Origin: a virus
Taxonomy: Duplodnaviria > Caudoviricetes
Direction: 5' to 3' (one strand)
Virus record (IMG/VR): IMGVR_UViG_3300036800_000162
Location: 1 to 62,507 of that record
Length of the DNA stretch: 62,507 nucleotides
Shown: positions 26,847 to 35,330 of the stretch, one piece after another
Position numbering within the stretch: the first letter of the stretch is position 1
Layout of the letters: each line of letters begins with the position of its first letter
Translations under genes and position numbers: made by a program
Notes under the pieces: generated by a model
What the model was told of the DNA's origin: nothing
Seen by the model: only the letters and a program-made list of their open reading frames with translations
Database searches by the model: none

Positions 26847-28738
26847 GCCAAACCACGCTCCTCCATCCAGCGCTGCGCTGCGCCGGCTTCTTCGACCTGC
26901 CCGGCCTCGACCTGGCGTAGATACTGCTGCACGATCTGGTCCACCATATTGCCAGCCGGCCTGACGCCGGCTTCGCGCCACTCGCACGCGGCATAGGTCG
27001 CGCCCAGCATCAGCAGCGGGCCGCGCTCCTGCTGCACCCAACTGGTGTTGGCGAGACAGGCGGCGAATGTCCGATCGTCCTTGGCGCCGTTCGGTGCCTC
27101 GATCGACATGCCGTCCTGCACCACGATCTGCATCTCCTCCAACAGCGGCTTGGAGTTGATCACCAGCATTTCGTTGACGTGGCTGTCGCGGAACTCATTG
27201 AAGATGAACCGCTTGTTGTCGCCCGTCGTCAGGAAATTGGTCACATAGCCGGCCGAGGCCGGGTTATCCGGCCGGCGATACAGGTGATAGCGCGCATTGT
27301 CGAGGAAGTCCTCCAGGTCGCGTCCGTGGGCACCCCGCTTGGCGCGATAGACATCGCCGCGCAGGATCTCGCGCAGGTGGTCAAACTCTACCAGCACGGC
27401 CTTGCCATAGCCGCCGGAAAGCTCGATGTTGATGGTGCAGTTCTGATAGATGCCGGCGAGATAGGCCAGCACCCACGCCGCCTGGCGGGTCTCGGCGATG
27501 TTGTCGGCATACTCGGCAACCTGCACCAGCTTGTCGGCATAACATCTCCATACCGAAACGGCATGCCGGTCATTTTTCTCATCACTCCCGCCGGCCGGAT
27601 CGCAGCCAAGCACGTAGCGGCCGTCCGGGTGCGGCGGCACCCACATGCGCAACTGCACCTCATGCTGGCGCAGCACGTCGCCCGCCAGGTTCTCCACCCC
27701 GGCCGCCCAGAAGTCGTTGCCAAGCCAGAAGCGATACCCCTGATAGGCCACCCCCTCGCGCTCGATCCGCTCGTAGTCATGGGCGATGCGGCGCAGTTGG
27801 AAATAGGACTGCCCCGACATGACGAAGGCGTCTTCCTCGATCCAGGGTTGGTTCTGGTTCAGGGATGACTCGGTCTGGTGGTCCTTGCTGGCGCGCCAGC
27901 GGTGCCAGGCCAGTTGCTCCGGTGTTATCTCCCAGCCGTAGCGTTCCTTGACGACCTTGATCCGCGTCCGCTCGCGGTCATCCGGCTCGGCGAGGCCCCA
28001 GATGGCGAATAGCGGGCTGCTCCGCTTGATGCTGTTGGCTTCCTTGGCCCACCAGCCGACAAAGATGCAGCGGTTGGTGAACACGTCACCACGCGCGGCG
28101 AGCCAGCGCTGGCGCCAGTGATTGAAGCCCTTGGCCGTGCTTTCGTATACATAGAGGCGGTCGGGATTCTGTTCCGACATCGCCTCCTCGAAGTTGGTCA
28201 ACCCCTCCGGACTGCCGTAGTTCGCCACCTCGGTCAGCAGCACCAGGGAGAAACCCGACGACTCGCCCCACGCCACCTTGGTGCCGGACGTGCCGGCGAC
28301 CAGGAAGTTTAGTTGCGAGCCGTTACTGAACGCCATGAAGTACTTGTTGTCGCCGCCCTTTTTGATGGCGAAGGCGGCGCCGAAATACTTCAGCGGGATC
28401 GATGCGATGAGGTTGCGGATCTGCTCGCGGAAGTCATCCCGCGTCTTCTCCTGATCGACCACCAGCGCACCCTTCATGCCGGGGTGCAGCGCCAGCCAGA
28501 ACAGCGCGATGATGACGAAGATCGTTGTGCTGCCTAACTGACGCGACTTCAGCACGTAGAACCGGCGGATGCCCTCATCCATGCCGGCGGTTAGCTCCTC
28601 TAAAATACGCTGCTGCGAGCGCCAGAGCTTGATCTTGATGCCAGCCTCGCCGGGGGCGGCCGTCTCCTCGCGCGAGACGATGCGGAGGTTGTCAATAAAA
28701 CGTAACAGTAATGGGCGCCACTTTGGCGCGCTTGGCAT
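26843..28738 (-). CDS. terL: Terminase large subunit
   Basis: VLKSRQLGSTT Walker A, LLTEVA Walker B, ESTAKG coupling motif, YVLGCDPAGG nuclease, C-terminal KDDR. Confidence 0.92.
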   Translation of the reverse strand: MPSAPKWRPLLLRFIDNLRIVSREETAAPGEAGIKIKLWRSQQRILEELTAGMDEGIRRFYVLKSRQLGSTTIFVIIALFWLALHPGMKGALVVDQEKTRDDFREQIRNLIASIPLKYFGAAFAIKKGGDNKYFMAFSNGSQLNFLVAGTSGTKVAWGESSGFSLVLLTEVANYGSPEGLTNFEEAMSEQNPDRLYVYESTAKGFNHWRQRWLAARGDVFTNRCIFVGWWAKEANSIKRSSPLFAIWGLAEPDDRERTRIKVVKERYGWEITPEQLAWHRWRASKDHQTESSLNQNQPWIEEDAFVMSGQSYFQLRRIAHDYERIEREGVAYQGYRFWLGNDFWAAGVENLAGDVLRQHEVQLRMWVPPHPDGRYVLGCDPAGGSDEKNDRHAVSVWRCYADKLVQVAEYADNIAETRQAAWVLAYLAGIYQNCTINIELSGGYGKAVLVEFDHLREILRGDVYRAKRGAHGRDLEDFLDNARYHLYRRPDNPASAGYVTNFLTTGDNKRFIFNEFRDSHVNEMLVINSKPLLEEMQIVVQDGMSIEAPNGAKDDRTFAACLANTSWVQQERGPLLMLGATYAACEWREAGVRPAGNMVDQIVQQYLRQVEAGQVEEAGAAQRWMEERGLA

Positions 28739-29021
28739 CAGGCGGTCATGCTCATACGGCGCTATCCTGGCCGGCGATAGGTCGGGTCATAGCGGAATTG
28801 CCTCCCGCCGATCGGCGTGCGTTTGGCGTCGCGGTCCTCGGCACGCATCCATTCCAGTGCCGGGTGACGCTCCATCATGCGGATCGTGCGCTCGCACGTC
28901 GCCTGCACCTGCTCCGGCGTCAGCAGTCCAAGCGAGGTGTCGATCAAGCCGTCCCACTCCATAGGCGGTAGCGGCGAGCGGCGGCGCGTTTTCATTGTTC
29001 GCATCACGACCTCGACATACC

Positions 29022-29419
29022 ATGCCCACATGGACGACGACGCACCCGCCTGGCTCGGCTGGGCGTCAGGCAAGAACGCCTGGCACTTTCAGCGACGCTT
29101 GTGGGAGCGCTACGGACTGGTGCTGCAATTCGGCGCGTATTCAGAGATCCAGCGGTCAATCCGCAGCGGCGCCTGCCACCACATCGCGCGCGGCAAGCGT
29201 GATCACGTCTGGTTCGTGCCACTGCAAGGCCACATCATCGCCGTGGTCGCCGAGCCAATGACGTGCCGGCTGATCACGGTCCTGCCGCGTGACCTGCTGC
29301 AAGGCCGCTGCGTTAGGATCGCGGCGACCGCGCACGACAAGCCAAAGTCACCAGCAGAGCGTGTGTGGGATGACGCCACCGCGCGGCGGGACAGCGTCAC
29401 GGTGACAGCCGGGCAGTGA
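29022..29419 (+). CDS. Hypothetical protein
   Basis: HFQRRLWERYG...LITVLP; ends at a GC hairpin; start approximate. Confidence 0.5.
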
Positions 29420-29427
29420 ACGGTGGA

Positions 29428-29450
29428 CGCGGGGCATTGCCTACCCCGCG
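29428..29450. terminator. GC hairpin between convergent transcripts
   Basis: CGCGGGG-cattgccta-CCCCGCG; no clear U-tract. Confidence 0.4.
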
Positions 29451-29457
29451 CCCGATG

Positions 29458-29530
29458 TTTGGGTCGCCGGATTCGAACCAGCGACACCCAGATTACAATT
29501 CTGGTGCTCTACCAACTGAGCTAGACCCTT
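29458..29530 (-). tRNA. tRNA-Thr(UGU)-like with defective acceptor stem
   Basis: AAGGGTC TA GCTC-AGTTGGTA-GAGC A CCAGA-ATTGTAA-TCTGG GTGTC GCTGG-TTCGAAT-CCGGC GACCCAA A; A1.A72 and A2.A71 mismatches, A32, no CCA. Confidence 0.75.
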
Positions 29531-29548
29531 GGTTGCACACTGGGTTTC

Positions 29549-29669
29549 GCTGACGTGACACCTCATGCTGATCCGCACGCACGCCCACTGTGCTACGCTC
29601 CATCAGGGATGATGGCTGGAGCGGCCGGATTTGAACCGGCGTCTTGCGGTCTCGGGATGCCGTCGCAGC
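29549..29669 (-). ncRNA. Circularly permuted tRNA mimic (YrlA/Y-RNA-like)
   Basis: 5' stem, CCGCA, T-arm GCCGG-TTCAAAT-CCGGC, acceptor CGCTCCA/TGGAGCG closed by a 14-nt loop, D-arm GCAC/GTGC, TGCGG, 3' stem. Confidence 0.75.
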
Positions 29670-29697
29670 TAGTTCCAGATACGCATTTATAAAGCTA

Positions 29698-29755
29698 CAG
29701 GGCAAGACGCTGAAGCTGGCGCCTGAAGCTGACGATAAGGCTGAAGCTGGCCCTG
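29698..29755 (-). repeat. Stem-closed loop with three CAGCTTCAG repeats
   Basis: + strand ctgaagctg at 29710, 29723 and 29741; closing stem CAGGGC/GCCCTG. Confidence 0.8.
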
Positions 29756-29763
29756 GGGGCGGA

Positions 29764-29838
29764 TGGAGCCGCGGGCACGGAATTGAACCGGCATCAACCA
29801 CTGACAAGGTGGCTGCTCTAGCATTGAGCTACCGCGGC
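29764..29838 (-). tRNA. tRNA-Thr(UGU)-like, atypical
   Basis: GCCGCGG TA GCTC-AATGCTA-GAGC A GCCAC-CTTGTCA-GTGGT TGAT GCCGG-TTCAATT-CCGTGC CCGCGGC T CCA; no D-loop GG, C37, bulged T-stem. Confidence 0.75.
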
Positions 29839-29844
29839 AAACTC

Positions 29845-30609
29845 TTAGGCGACGATGCCATCATGCAGATACTCGAACAGCACCTTGCCGATCTGGCGCT
29901 TCTCGACCTCCGTGTTGTTGGCCCGCTGGCGCGCCCGCTTGACCGCACGCAGCAGCCGGTCAACGCGTTCCAACAACGCGCTTTTCTGCGCCGTGGTGAT
30001 CATGCCGCTGCGCCGCGTGGTGGCGATGCGTGCGATCGGGGCATCTTCCTGGATCGCCTGCACCTGCGCCGGGTGTTCCTTGGTCGCCTCGGCCATGATG
30101 ATCGGCTTGACCAGCCGCTTGGTGCGAAACGTCACATCCGGATCGCGCGCGCGATACACGCCGCCCCCAGTGCGGGCGTCGGCGTCCAACTCCCACACCG
30201 GACCTGGCGCCAGTGTCGGGATCGCCAGATATACCTCGCGCAACTCGGCCAGCTTGGCCTCCATCCCGAGCAACACAGCCCCCGGCACATTCTCGGCCAG
30301 CACACACTCGCCGACGACGATGTCGGCGACCGCCTTCTGGTTGGTCGCCTCGCGCTGCAAGAACGCGTCCAACGCCCGCACGTTCGGCCCGGCGTTGTAC
30401 AGCAGCTTGTCGAACACCGTAGTCACCATCGCGCTGGTCTCGGTGGTGTCCAGCTTGCGGTCATCCTCGGCGAAATACGTGACCGTCTTGACCGTTTCGA
30501 TGAAGTGCTCATCCTTCTTACCGAAGGTGCGCACCGTCTCCTCATTGGTCCGCCTCGCCGTGGTCTGCAAGCCGCTCTCCACGGCCAGCACTTCATGCAG
30601 CTTGGGCAT
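29845..30609 (-). CDS. Conserved helical protein (DUF7873-like, from memory) heading the ncRNA array
   Basis: KLHEVLAVE, NQKAVADIVV..VP..LLGME.KL, IPTLAP..W, EATKEHPAQVQ, AVKRARQRANNTEV. Confidence 0.7.
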   Translation of the reverse strand: MPKLHEVLAVESGLQTTARRTNEETVRTFGKKDEHFIETVKTVTYFAEDDRKLDTTETSAMVTTVFDKLLYNAGPNVRALDAFLQREATNQKAVADIVVGECVLAENVPGAVLLGMEAKLAELREVYLAIPTLAPGPVWELDADARTGGGVYRARDPDVTFRTKRLVKPIIMAEATKEHPAQVQAIQEDAPIARIATTRRSGMITTAQKSALLERVDRLLRAVKRARQRANNTEVEKRQIGKVLFEYLHDGIVA

Positions 30610-30640
30610 GGCGCGATCTCTCAATTGCCTTCACGGCAAC

Positions 30641-32056
30641 CTACATACTTGCGCCGCCGGCAGTGTCAACCCCCGCCGCCCACAACGCAAGGTCCGCAGT
30701 CACTTGCGTGATCACCGGCTGCCAGGCGCCGAGCGCCGGCTGGCGGTAGATCGTCATCGCCGGATACCACACCGTGCTCGTGCCGGCATTCAGCCAGCGC
30801 CAGCACCCGTTGGCCCGCGCCAGCAGCCAGGTCGGCACACCGAGGCTGGCCGCAAGATGCGCCACTGCGGTATCCACCGTGATCACCAGGTCAAGGCCGG
30901 CGACGACGCAGGCCGTGTCATACCAATCGTTGCACCCCCACTGTGTTAGATCCTCTTGCTGAAGCGAGATCCACGGCACCACGTCGGTGAGCGGGGCGAT
31001 CATCTCGCGAGAGATGCTGCGGCGCAGGTCGTCGGCGTGCGCCATCGGGTCATGCGCACGCGCGCCGCCGTGCCAGCATAGGCCGAGCCTGGCGCCGAGC
31101 CGGCGCGGCGCAACATGATATTCGGCCGGCGGCGGACGGGTCTCCAACGTCGTGGCGAACACCGCCGGCAGGCTCATCAGCGTGGTGACGATGTCATAAC
31201 CAGCCGCGTCTGCGGCGCTGCCGACGTGGGCCTCTGCCGCGGCCAGCAGACGCACCAGCGACTCCTGCGTCTCGACATGCACCACGGCGGCTAGTTGCTG
31301 CACCAGCGGAATATACCGGGCGAACTGGATGGTGTCGCCATAGCCTTGTTCCGAGCGCAGCAGCACGCGCTTGCCGCGCAGGCCCTCCGGCTGGCCGCAC
31401 CAGATCCGCGGCGGGACGTAATCCCACGGCGCGCCGAACGGCGGATGGCGCAGCACCGCCTGGCGCCGCTGCCATCCTTCCGTCCACCGACCGCCGCGCA
31501 ACAGGGTGAAACCGAGGCCCATCTCGGCCTCGGTGAACGCCGGGTCGATCTCCAACGCGCGGCGATATTCGTTCTCGGCCGAGGCGTCATTGCCGAACAG
31601 ACTAAGGCCGGTGCCGTAACCACACCGCACCTCGGCGTCCTTCGGCGCCAGCGCGGCGGCGTAGCCGTAGAGTGCCAGGCCAAGGGCGAAATGTTCGGTC
31701 AACAGACAGACATGCGCGAGCCGCACCAGCGCCTTGGTGCAGTTGGGATTGAGCGCCAGGCAGCGTTCGTAGCAAGCCGCCGCCGGCTCGAACTGCCCCA
31801 GCTTATGGTGGCAGAAGCCTTGGTTGTAATGCGCAGAGTAATCGAGCGGGCGGATGGTTCCGGCGGTTTTCAGCAAGCCGATCGCTGGTTCCCACTGGTG
31901 CTGCTTCATGTGCCAGTAGGCCGAGACCGACAGCAAGTCGAAGCGATCGGTATCACCGACACCGGCCAGCATATCCAGCAGATCACGCGAGGTAACGATG
32001 TCGCCGCGCGTGATCAGGTCATACGCGTCACGGACACTCCGGCTCGCCTCCGTCAC
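30641..32056 (-). CDS. TPR-repeat glycosyltransferase (GT9-like)
   Basis: TPRs, then SEQGYGDTIQFARY, LDLVITVDTAVAHLAASLGVP, WRW...WYP. Confidence 0.85.
   Translation of the reverse strand: MTEASRSVRDAYDLITRGDIVTSRDLLDMLAGVGDTDRFDLLSVSAYWHMKQHQWEPAIGLLKTAGTIRPLDYSAHYNQGFCHHKLGQFEPAAACYERCLALNPNCTKALVRLAHVCLLTEHFALGLALYGYAAALAPKDAEVRCGYGTGLSLFGNDASAENEYRRALEIDPAFTEAEMGLGFTLLRGGRWTEGWQRRQAVLRHPPFGAPWDYVPPRIWCGQPEGLRGKRVLLRSEQGYGDTIQFARYIPLVQQLAAVVHVETQESLVRLLAAAEAHVGSAADAAGYDIVTTLMSLPAVFATTLETRPPPAEYHVAPRRLGARLGLCWHGGARAHDPMAHADDLRRSISREMIAPLTDVVPWISLQQEDLTQWGCNDWYDTACVVAGLDLVITVDTAVAHLAASLGVPTWLLARANGCWRWLNAGTSTVWYPAMTIYRQPALGAWQPVITQVTADLALWAAGVDTAGGASM
30642..30669 (-). promoter_or_regulatory. 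Candidate sigma70 promoter for the protein+ncRNA locus
   Basis: TTGACA-16 nt-TATGTA about 33 nt upstream of ATG 30609. Confidence 0.4.
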
Positions 32057-32406
32057 TGCGGACGCAGCATCTTGCTGCTGCCCGGCATGATCTGTTGGCC
32101 GGCGAGCGCCAACCCCAGCACCGGATCGTTGCGCACCGTGGTCTGCAACCGCTGCTGCGCGCGCGCCTCGATCACGGCGATGTCAGACTTGGCGTCGAGA
32201 TCGCGCGCCAGATCGAACACTTGCGGCACGATCAGCCGCGCGCGCGGCACGCTGACGTGCTGGCCGTAGTCGTCCACCAGATCCACCGTGGTGCCGGCCT
32301 GCGCGTTGCGCAACCCCTCCAACGTTGCCAGCGCCTTGTCGGCGTTCTGGTAGCGCAGGCCCAACGGGTTCGGCAGACCCTCGACATGGAGCATCAGAAT
32401 GTGCAT
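32053..32406 (-). CDS. Hypothetical protein
   Basis: AGGAG RBS; GTGA coupling. Confidence 0.6.
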   Translation of the reverse strand: MHILMLHVEGLPNPLGLRYQNADKALATLEGLRNAQAGTTVDLVDDYGQHVSVPRARLIVPQVFDLARDLDAKSDIAVIEARAQQRLQTTVRNDPVLGLALAGQQIMPGSSKMLRPQ

Positions 32407-32417
32407 TGCTTCTCCTG

Positions 32418-32825
32418 TTATTTCGGCGACGGCGGGAACTCCCCCCGCCTGATCCGCCGCTTCAGGTCATACGCCGTCGTGCGGCAGATGCCGTAGCGAC
32501 CGGTTACCACCCGCACCGATTCACCGCAGCGGAAGTCCTCGGCGGCCCGCGCCATGATGTCGGCGTCGATCGGCGGCCTTCCTTCGGGGTTCTTCACCGC
32601 CGTCATGGCGCGAAACACCGCCTCGGCGAGCGCGCGCGGCGCGGCGCACTGCGCAAGCGCCGCCTCGGCCGCCGCAGCACCGGTCTCCAACATCGCGCGT
32701 GAGAGGTGCATTACCCCGCAGCGAACGACCGGATGAGGCTGCGACCTGACATCATCGCACCGTCCGGCGCACTGGACGCACGCGATATCCGTGGCTCTCC
32801 AACCCGTTGCAGACGCGCTCGCCAA
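32418..32825 (-). CDS. HTH protein (start uncertain)
   Basis: C-terminal GESVRVVTGRYGICRTTAY. Confidence 0.45.
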   Translation of the reverse strand: MASASATGWRATDIACVQCAGRCDDVRSQPHPVVRCGVMHLSRAMLETGAAAAEAALAQCAAPRALAEAVFRAMTAVKNPEGRPPIDADIMARAAEDFRCGESVRVVTGRYGICRTTAYDLKRRIRRGEFPPSPK

Positions 32826-33060
32826 TGGCGTGGATCAGCGTTAGCAGGGCGAGACCGAGGATAAAAAGGAACACTCCAAGCCCCATCCCGAGCGGCCAAG
32901 GGCAACCGTTCGGTCCGCCCCCCGCCGCGCGATCCAGCCATACGGCAAACGAATAATCGGCGTAGACCAGCGGAATGCCGATGCCGAAGAACACCACCAG
33001 ACCCGCAACGGTCTCGGTGATCTCGCGGCGCGGCTCACGCAGAATGTTGGCTAGTGACAT
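32752..33060 (-). CDS. Membrane protein
   Basis: GGAGG RBS; two hydrophobic segments. Confidence 0.6.
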   Translation of the reverse strand: MSLANILREPRREITETVAGLVVFFGIGIPLVYADYSFAVWLDRAAGGGPNGCPWPLGMGLGVFLFILGLALLTLIHAIGERVCNGLESHGYRVRPVRRTVR

Positions 33061-33072
33061 GGACGCCTCCGT

Positions 33073-33372
33073 TCAGCGCACGCTTATCGGCTCGACTGTG
33101 TAAGCCGTGAGCGGCCGGTTCGGCTGCCCATCCGCCCGTAACGGACGCACGGCGCTCTGCTGTTGCCAGCACTTCATCGCCGCCTCGAAACTATCGAACG
33201 GCATGGCCTGACGGTGATCTTCGGTGAAGGCGATATAGCCTTGGCCGCCATAGGCGTTCGGATCGTAGAAGCGCAACCAGCGCGAGCGCACCCGCCCCGC
33301 GGCGATATCAGCGATATGCGCCGCCGTGTCGTGCGTCGGCTGCGGCGTCAGGACCTTCAGTATCCACACCAT
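33073..33372 (-). CDS. Hypothetical protein
   Basis: GGAGG RBS; RADGQPNRPLTAYTV. Confidence 0.6.
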   Translation of the reverse strand: MVWILKVLTPQPTHDTAAHIADIAAGRVRSRWLRFYDPNAYGGQGYIAFTEDHRQAMPFDSFEAAMKCWQQQSAVRPLRADGQPNRPLTAYTVEPISVR

Positions 33373-33477
33373 ACACGCCTCCCGTCAGTGCGATGAAGGG
33401 ACATGTGCGTAGCTCCCGTCAGTACTGAGTGCGAAAACTACACCGAAAATGTCCGCGTTGGCAACTCGCGCCGCCCC

Positions 33478-33744
33478 TCACTCGGGCGGAACGTCACCGG
33501 GCAGCGTCACACGCGTTGGCTGGAATACCGCCCGATTGATCGCCATGAAGCCCTTCTCGATGTCGGTTCGGCCGATCGCCAGCCAGCGCGGATCGCAGGT
33601 TCCGGACTGCGCGAGGCTGTCCAACTGGCGCAGGACGCTCTCCTCCAGGCGCTTGTTGGCGTTCACCAGATCAACCGCTGCGGCGCTCTGCGGCGTGTAA
33701 CCTGCGACTGGCAGGCCGGTGTGCGGTCGTTCATTCACGGGCAT
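33478..33744 (-). CDS. acb2: Acb2-like anti-CBASS cyclic-nucleotide sponge
   Basis: VAGY..S....LVN..K and RWLAIGRTDIEKGFMAINRAVFQP match the Acb2 signature. Confidence 0.75.
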   Translation of the reverse strand: MPVNERPHTGLPVAGYTPQSAAAVDLVNANKRLEESVLRQLDSLAQSGTCDPRWLAIGRTDIEKGFMAINRAVFQPTRVTLPGDVPPE

Positions 33745-34522
33745 GGGAAGTCTCCAAGTAGCGCTTGGCGCGGATGATCTCGGTGTTCTGAGCGCCGAGG
33801 TGACGGATGGAGGACACTGGAATGCCAGACGCGAGTTGCTGCATTAGCCGTTGTGTCCGGTCGCTATAGGGACGGCCTACCTTTGATTTGCTGGCGGCCA
33901 AGCGGCGAGTAAGCGCTTCCGCCAACGGCCACCCAATCCGAAGCCGTGAGGCGACTAACTTATGCTTGACACCCTTCTCGCGCGTAACGTCGAGCAGCTT
34001 TCTGCGCTCGCCTTGCCATTCAACCCACACGGTATCACGACGGTTGGCGCGTTGCTCACCGTCCGTTGCCCATATGCAATTGGCAGGCCCGTAGTTCCCA
34101 TTTACGTCGCGTCGCTCGATCGAGTGCTTGGCGGATGGACGCTCGCCCATGTCGGCTAGAAACACCGCGAAGTCCTGCCACCGGTCGCACACCGTGATGC
34201 CGCGGCCACCGTAATTCTTCCAGTTAGAAGATACCTGATACTTACACCTGGCACGCATCGCCTGCCACGACGACCACGTCAGGCGATGGACCTTGGACGG
34301 TAGAAGCGGATTGGGTTGCGCCAAATCCGTCGCATCGCGGTGATTACGCCAGCTACAAAAGCGTCGGCGCCCAGCGTGCAACTTATCCCCATTCACCTCG
34401 ACCTCTCGACCGCATGCACAGCGACAGTCCCACCACACATGCCGCTCCCGTCTGGCCGAGCGGGCGGTTACTGTGAGCAATCCGAACGTCTGACCTATCA
34501 GGTCGATCGGGTAGGGTGGCAT
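33731..34522 (-). CDS. HNH-type homing endonuclease
   Basis: DLIGQTFGLLTV, WDCRCACG, YGGRGITVCDRW, SIERRDVNGNYGPANCIWAT. Confidence 0.85.
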   Translation of the reverse strand: MPPYPIDLIGQTFGLLTVTARSARRERHVWWDCRCACGREVEVNGDKLHAGRRRFCSWRNHRDATDLAQPNPLLPSKVHRLTWSSWQAMRARCKYQVSSNWKNYGGRGITVCDRWQDFAVFLADMGERPSAKHSIERRDVNGNYGPANCIWATDGEQRANRRDTVWVEWQGERRKLLDVTREKGVKHKLVASRLRIGWPLAEALTRRLAASKSKVGRPYSDRTQRLMQQLASGIPVSSIRHLGAQNTEIIRAKRYLETSHARE

Positions 34523-34844
34523 ACGGCTGCACCTCGTTCTGTAACTTCCTCCCCCTTCCCAAAAAAGCATGCGGAGGTGGCACTCGACCGACCAGGACCG
34601 CGTCCCGACGCCTGCCGCCGGGCGGGCGCTGGCGGGCGGCCAGCGGCGCGGCGCAGGGAGGGGCGGGCGGCGGCCAGGGGAGGGGGGTGGCACCTCGCAC
34701 TAGGGCGTAAGGTGCGTGGATCATGGCAACGCGTTGATATCGCTGTGCTTTATCGCTTGGTTACCGGGCTGTGCCATGCCCCGTGCCATGTGGATCGGTG
34801 CAGCCTCGCCACGTCGCTGCGAACGAACGACCGCTAGCCGGTGG

Positions 34845-35330
34845 TCAATCGGTGAAGGGTACAACGGGAGGGGGAAGGGAGCGACGCCGCGTGCGTGTAG
34901 CGTGTCTCCCCTGCCCGAGCATGAAGGCCGGCGGCACATCCCCCTCCGCCTGTAGCGGGATGCGGAGCGACGGGGCATCGCCATCCTGCACAGCCGCAGC
35001 GGCCAGGCGGCGCTTGCTCTGCTTGACGGCGGACATATGGCGGACCTGCTGCCGCTGCGCGTCGTGTCGCTTGGTGCAGCGCGCATGCTCCGCATCCAGG
35101 GCTGGCAGGATCACAGCGAACGCAGCGGTAAGCTGCTCTTTCATGTCGCGCAGCCGAGGAACAGGCACGCGCGCGAGCGAAGCGAGCGTTATTTCATCGG
35201 CAGGCAACGGCACGCATCCGCTACGCCAGTAAGCTACCGCAAGCTGACATGCCACGCGATAGAACGCGCCATTAGCAGTTACAAGGGGTTGCGCGTCCCA
35301 GATACACCAATGTGGCAACGGGAAGCGCAT
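34845..35330 (-). CDS. DUF1376/YdaU-like protein
   Basis: GAFYRVACQLAVAYW..PLPADEITLASLAR. Confidence 0.5.
   Translation of the reverse strand: MRFPLPHWCIWDAQPLVTANGAFYRVACQLAVAYWRSGCVPLPADEITLASLARVPVPRLRDMKEQLTAAFAVILPALDAEHARCTKRHDAQRQQVRHMSAVKQSKRRLAAAAVQDGDAPSLRIPLQAEGDVPPAFMLGQGRHATRTRRRSLPPPVVPFTD

Noticed and set aside
26843-28738. Stop-codon reassignment linked to the odd tRNAs
   Set aside because: Terminase, portal, capsid and integrase are full length in the standard code, and none of the tRNAs has a suppressor anticodon
29549-29669. Two-piece (permuted) tmRNA
   Set aside because: No G3:U70 alanine determinant, a true D-stem is present, and there is no room for a tag reading frame; YrlA-like topology fits better
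29698-29755. Mini-CRISPR array
   Set aside because: Repeats of 9 nt and spacers of 4-9 nt are far too short; no cas genes
29644-30949. Long + strand ORFs (355 and 364 aa) over the ncRNA array and protein gene
   Set aside because: Antisense shadows of a GC-rich coding strand with no protein motifs
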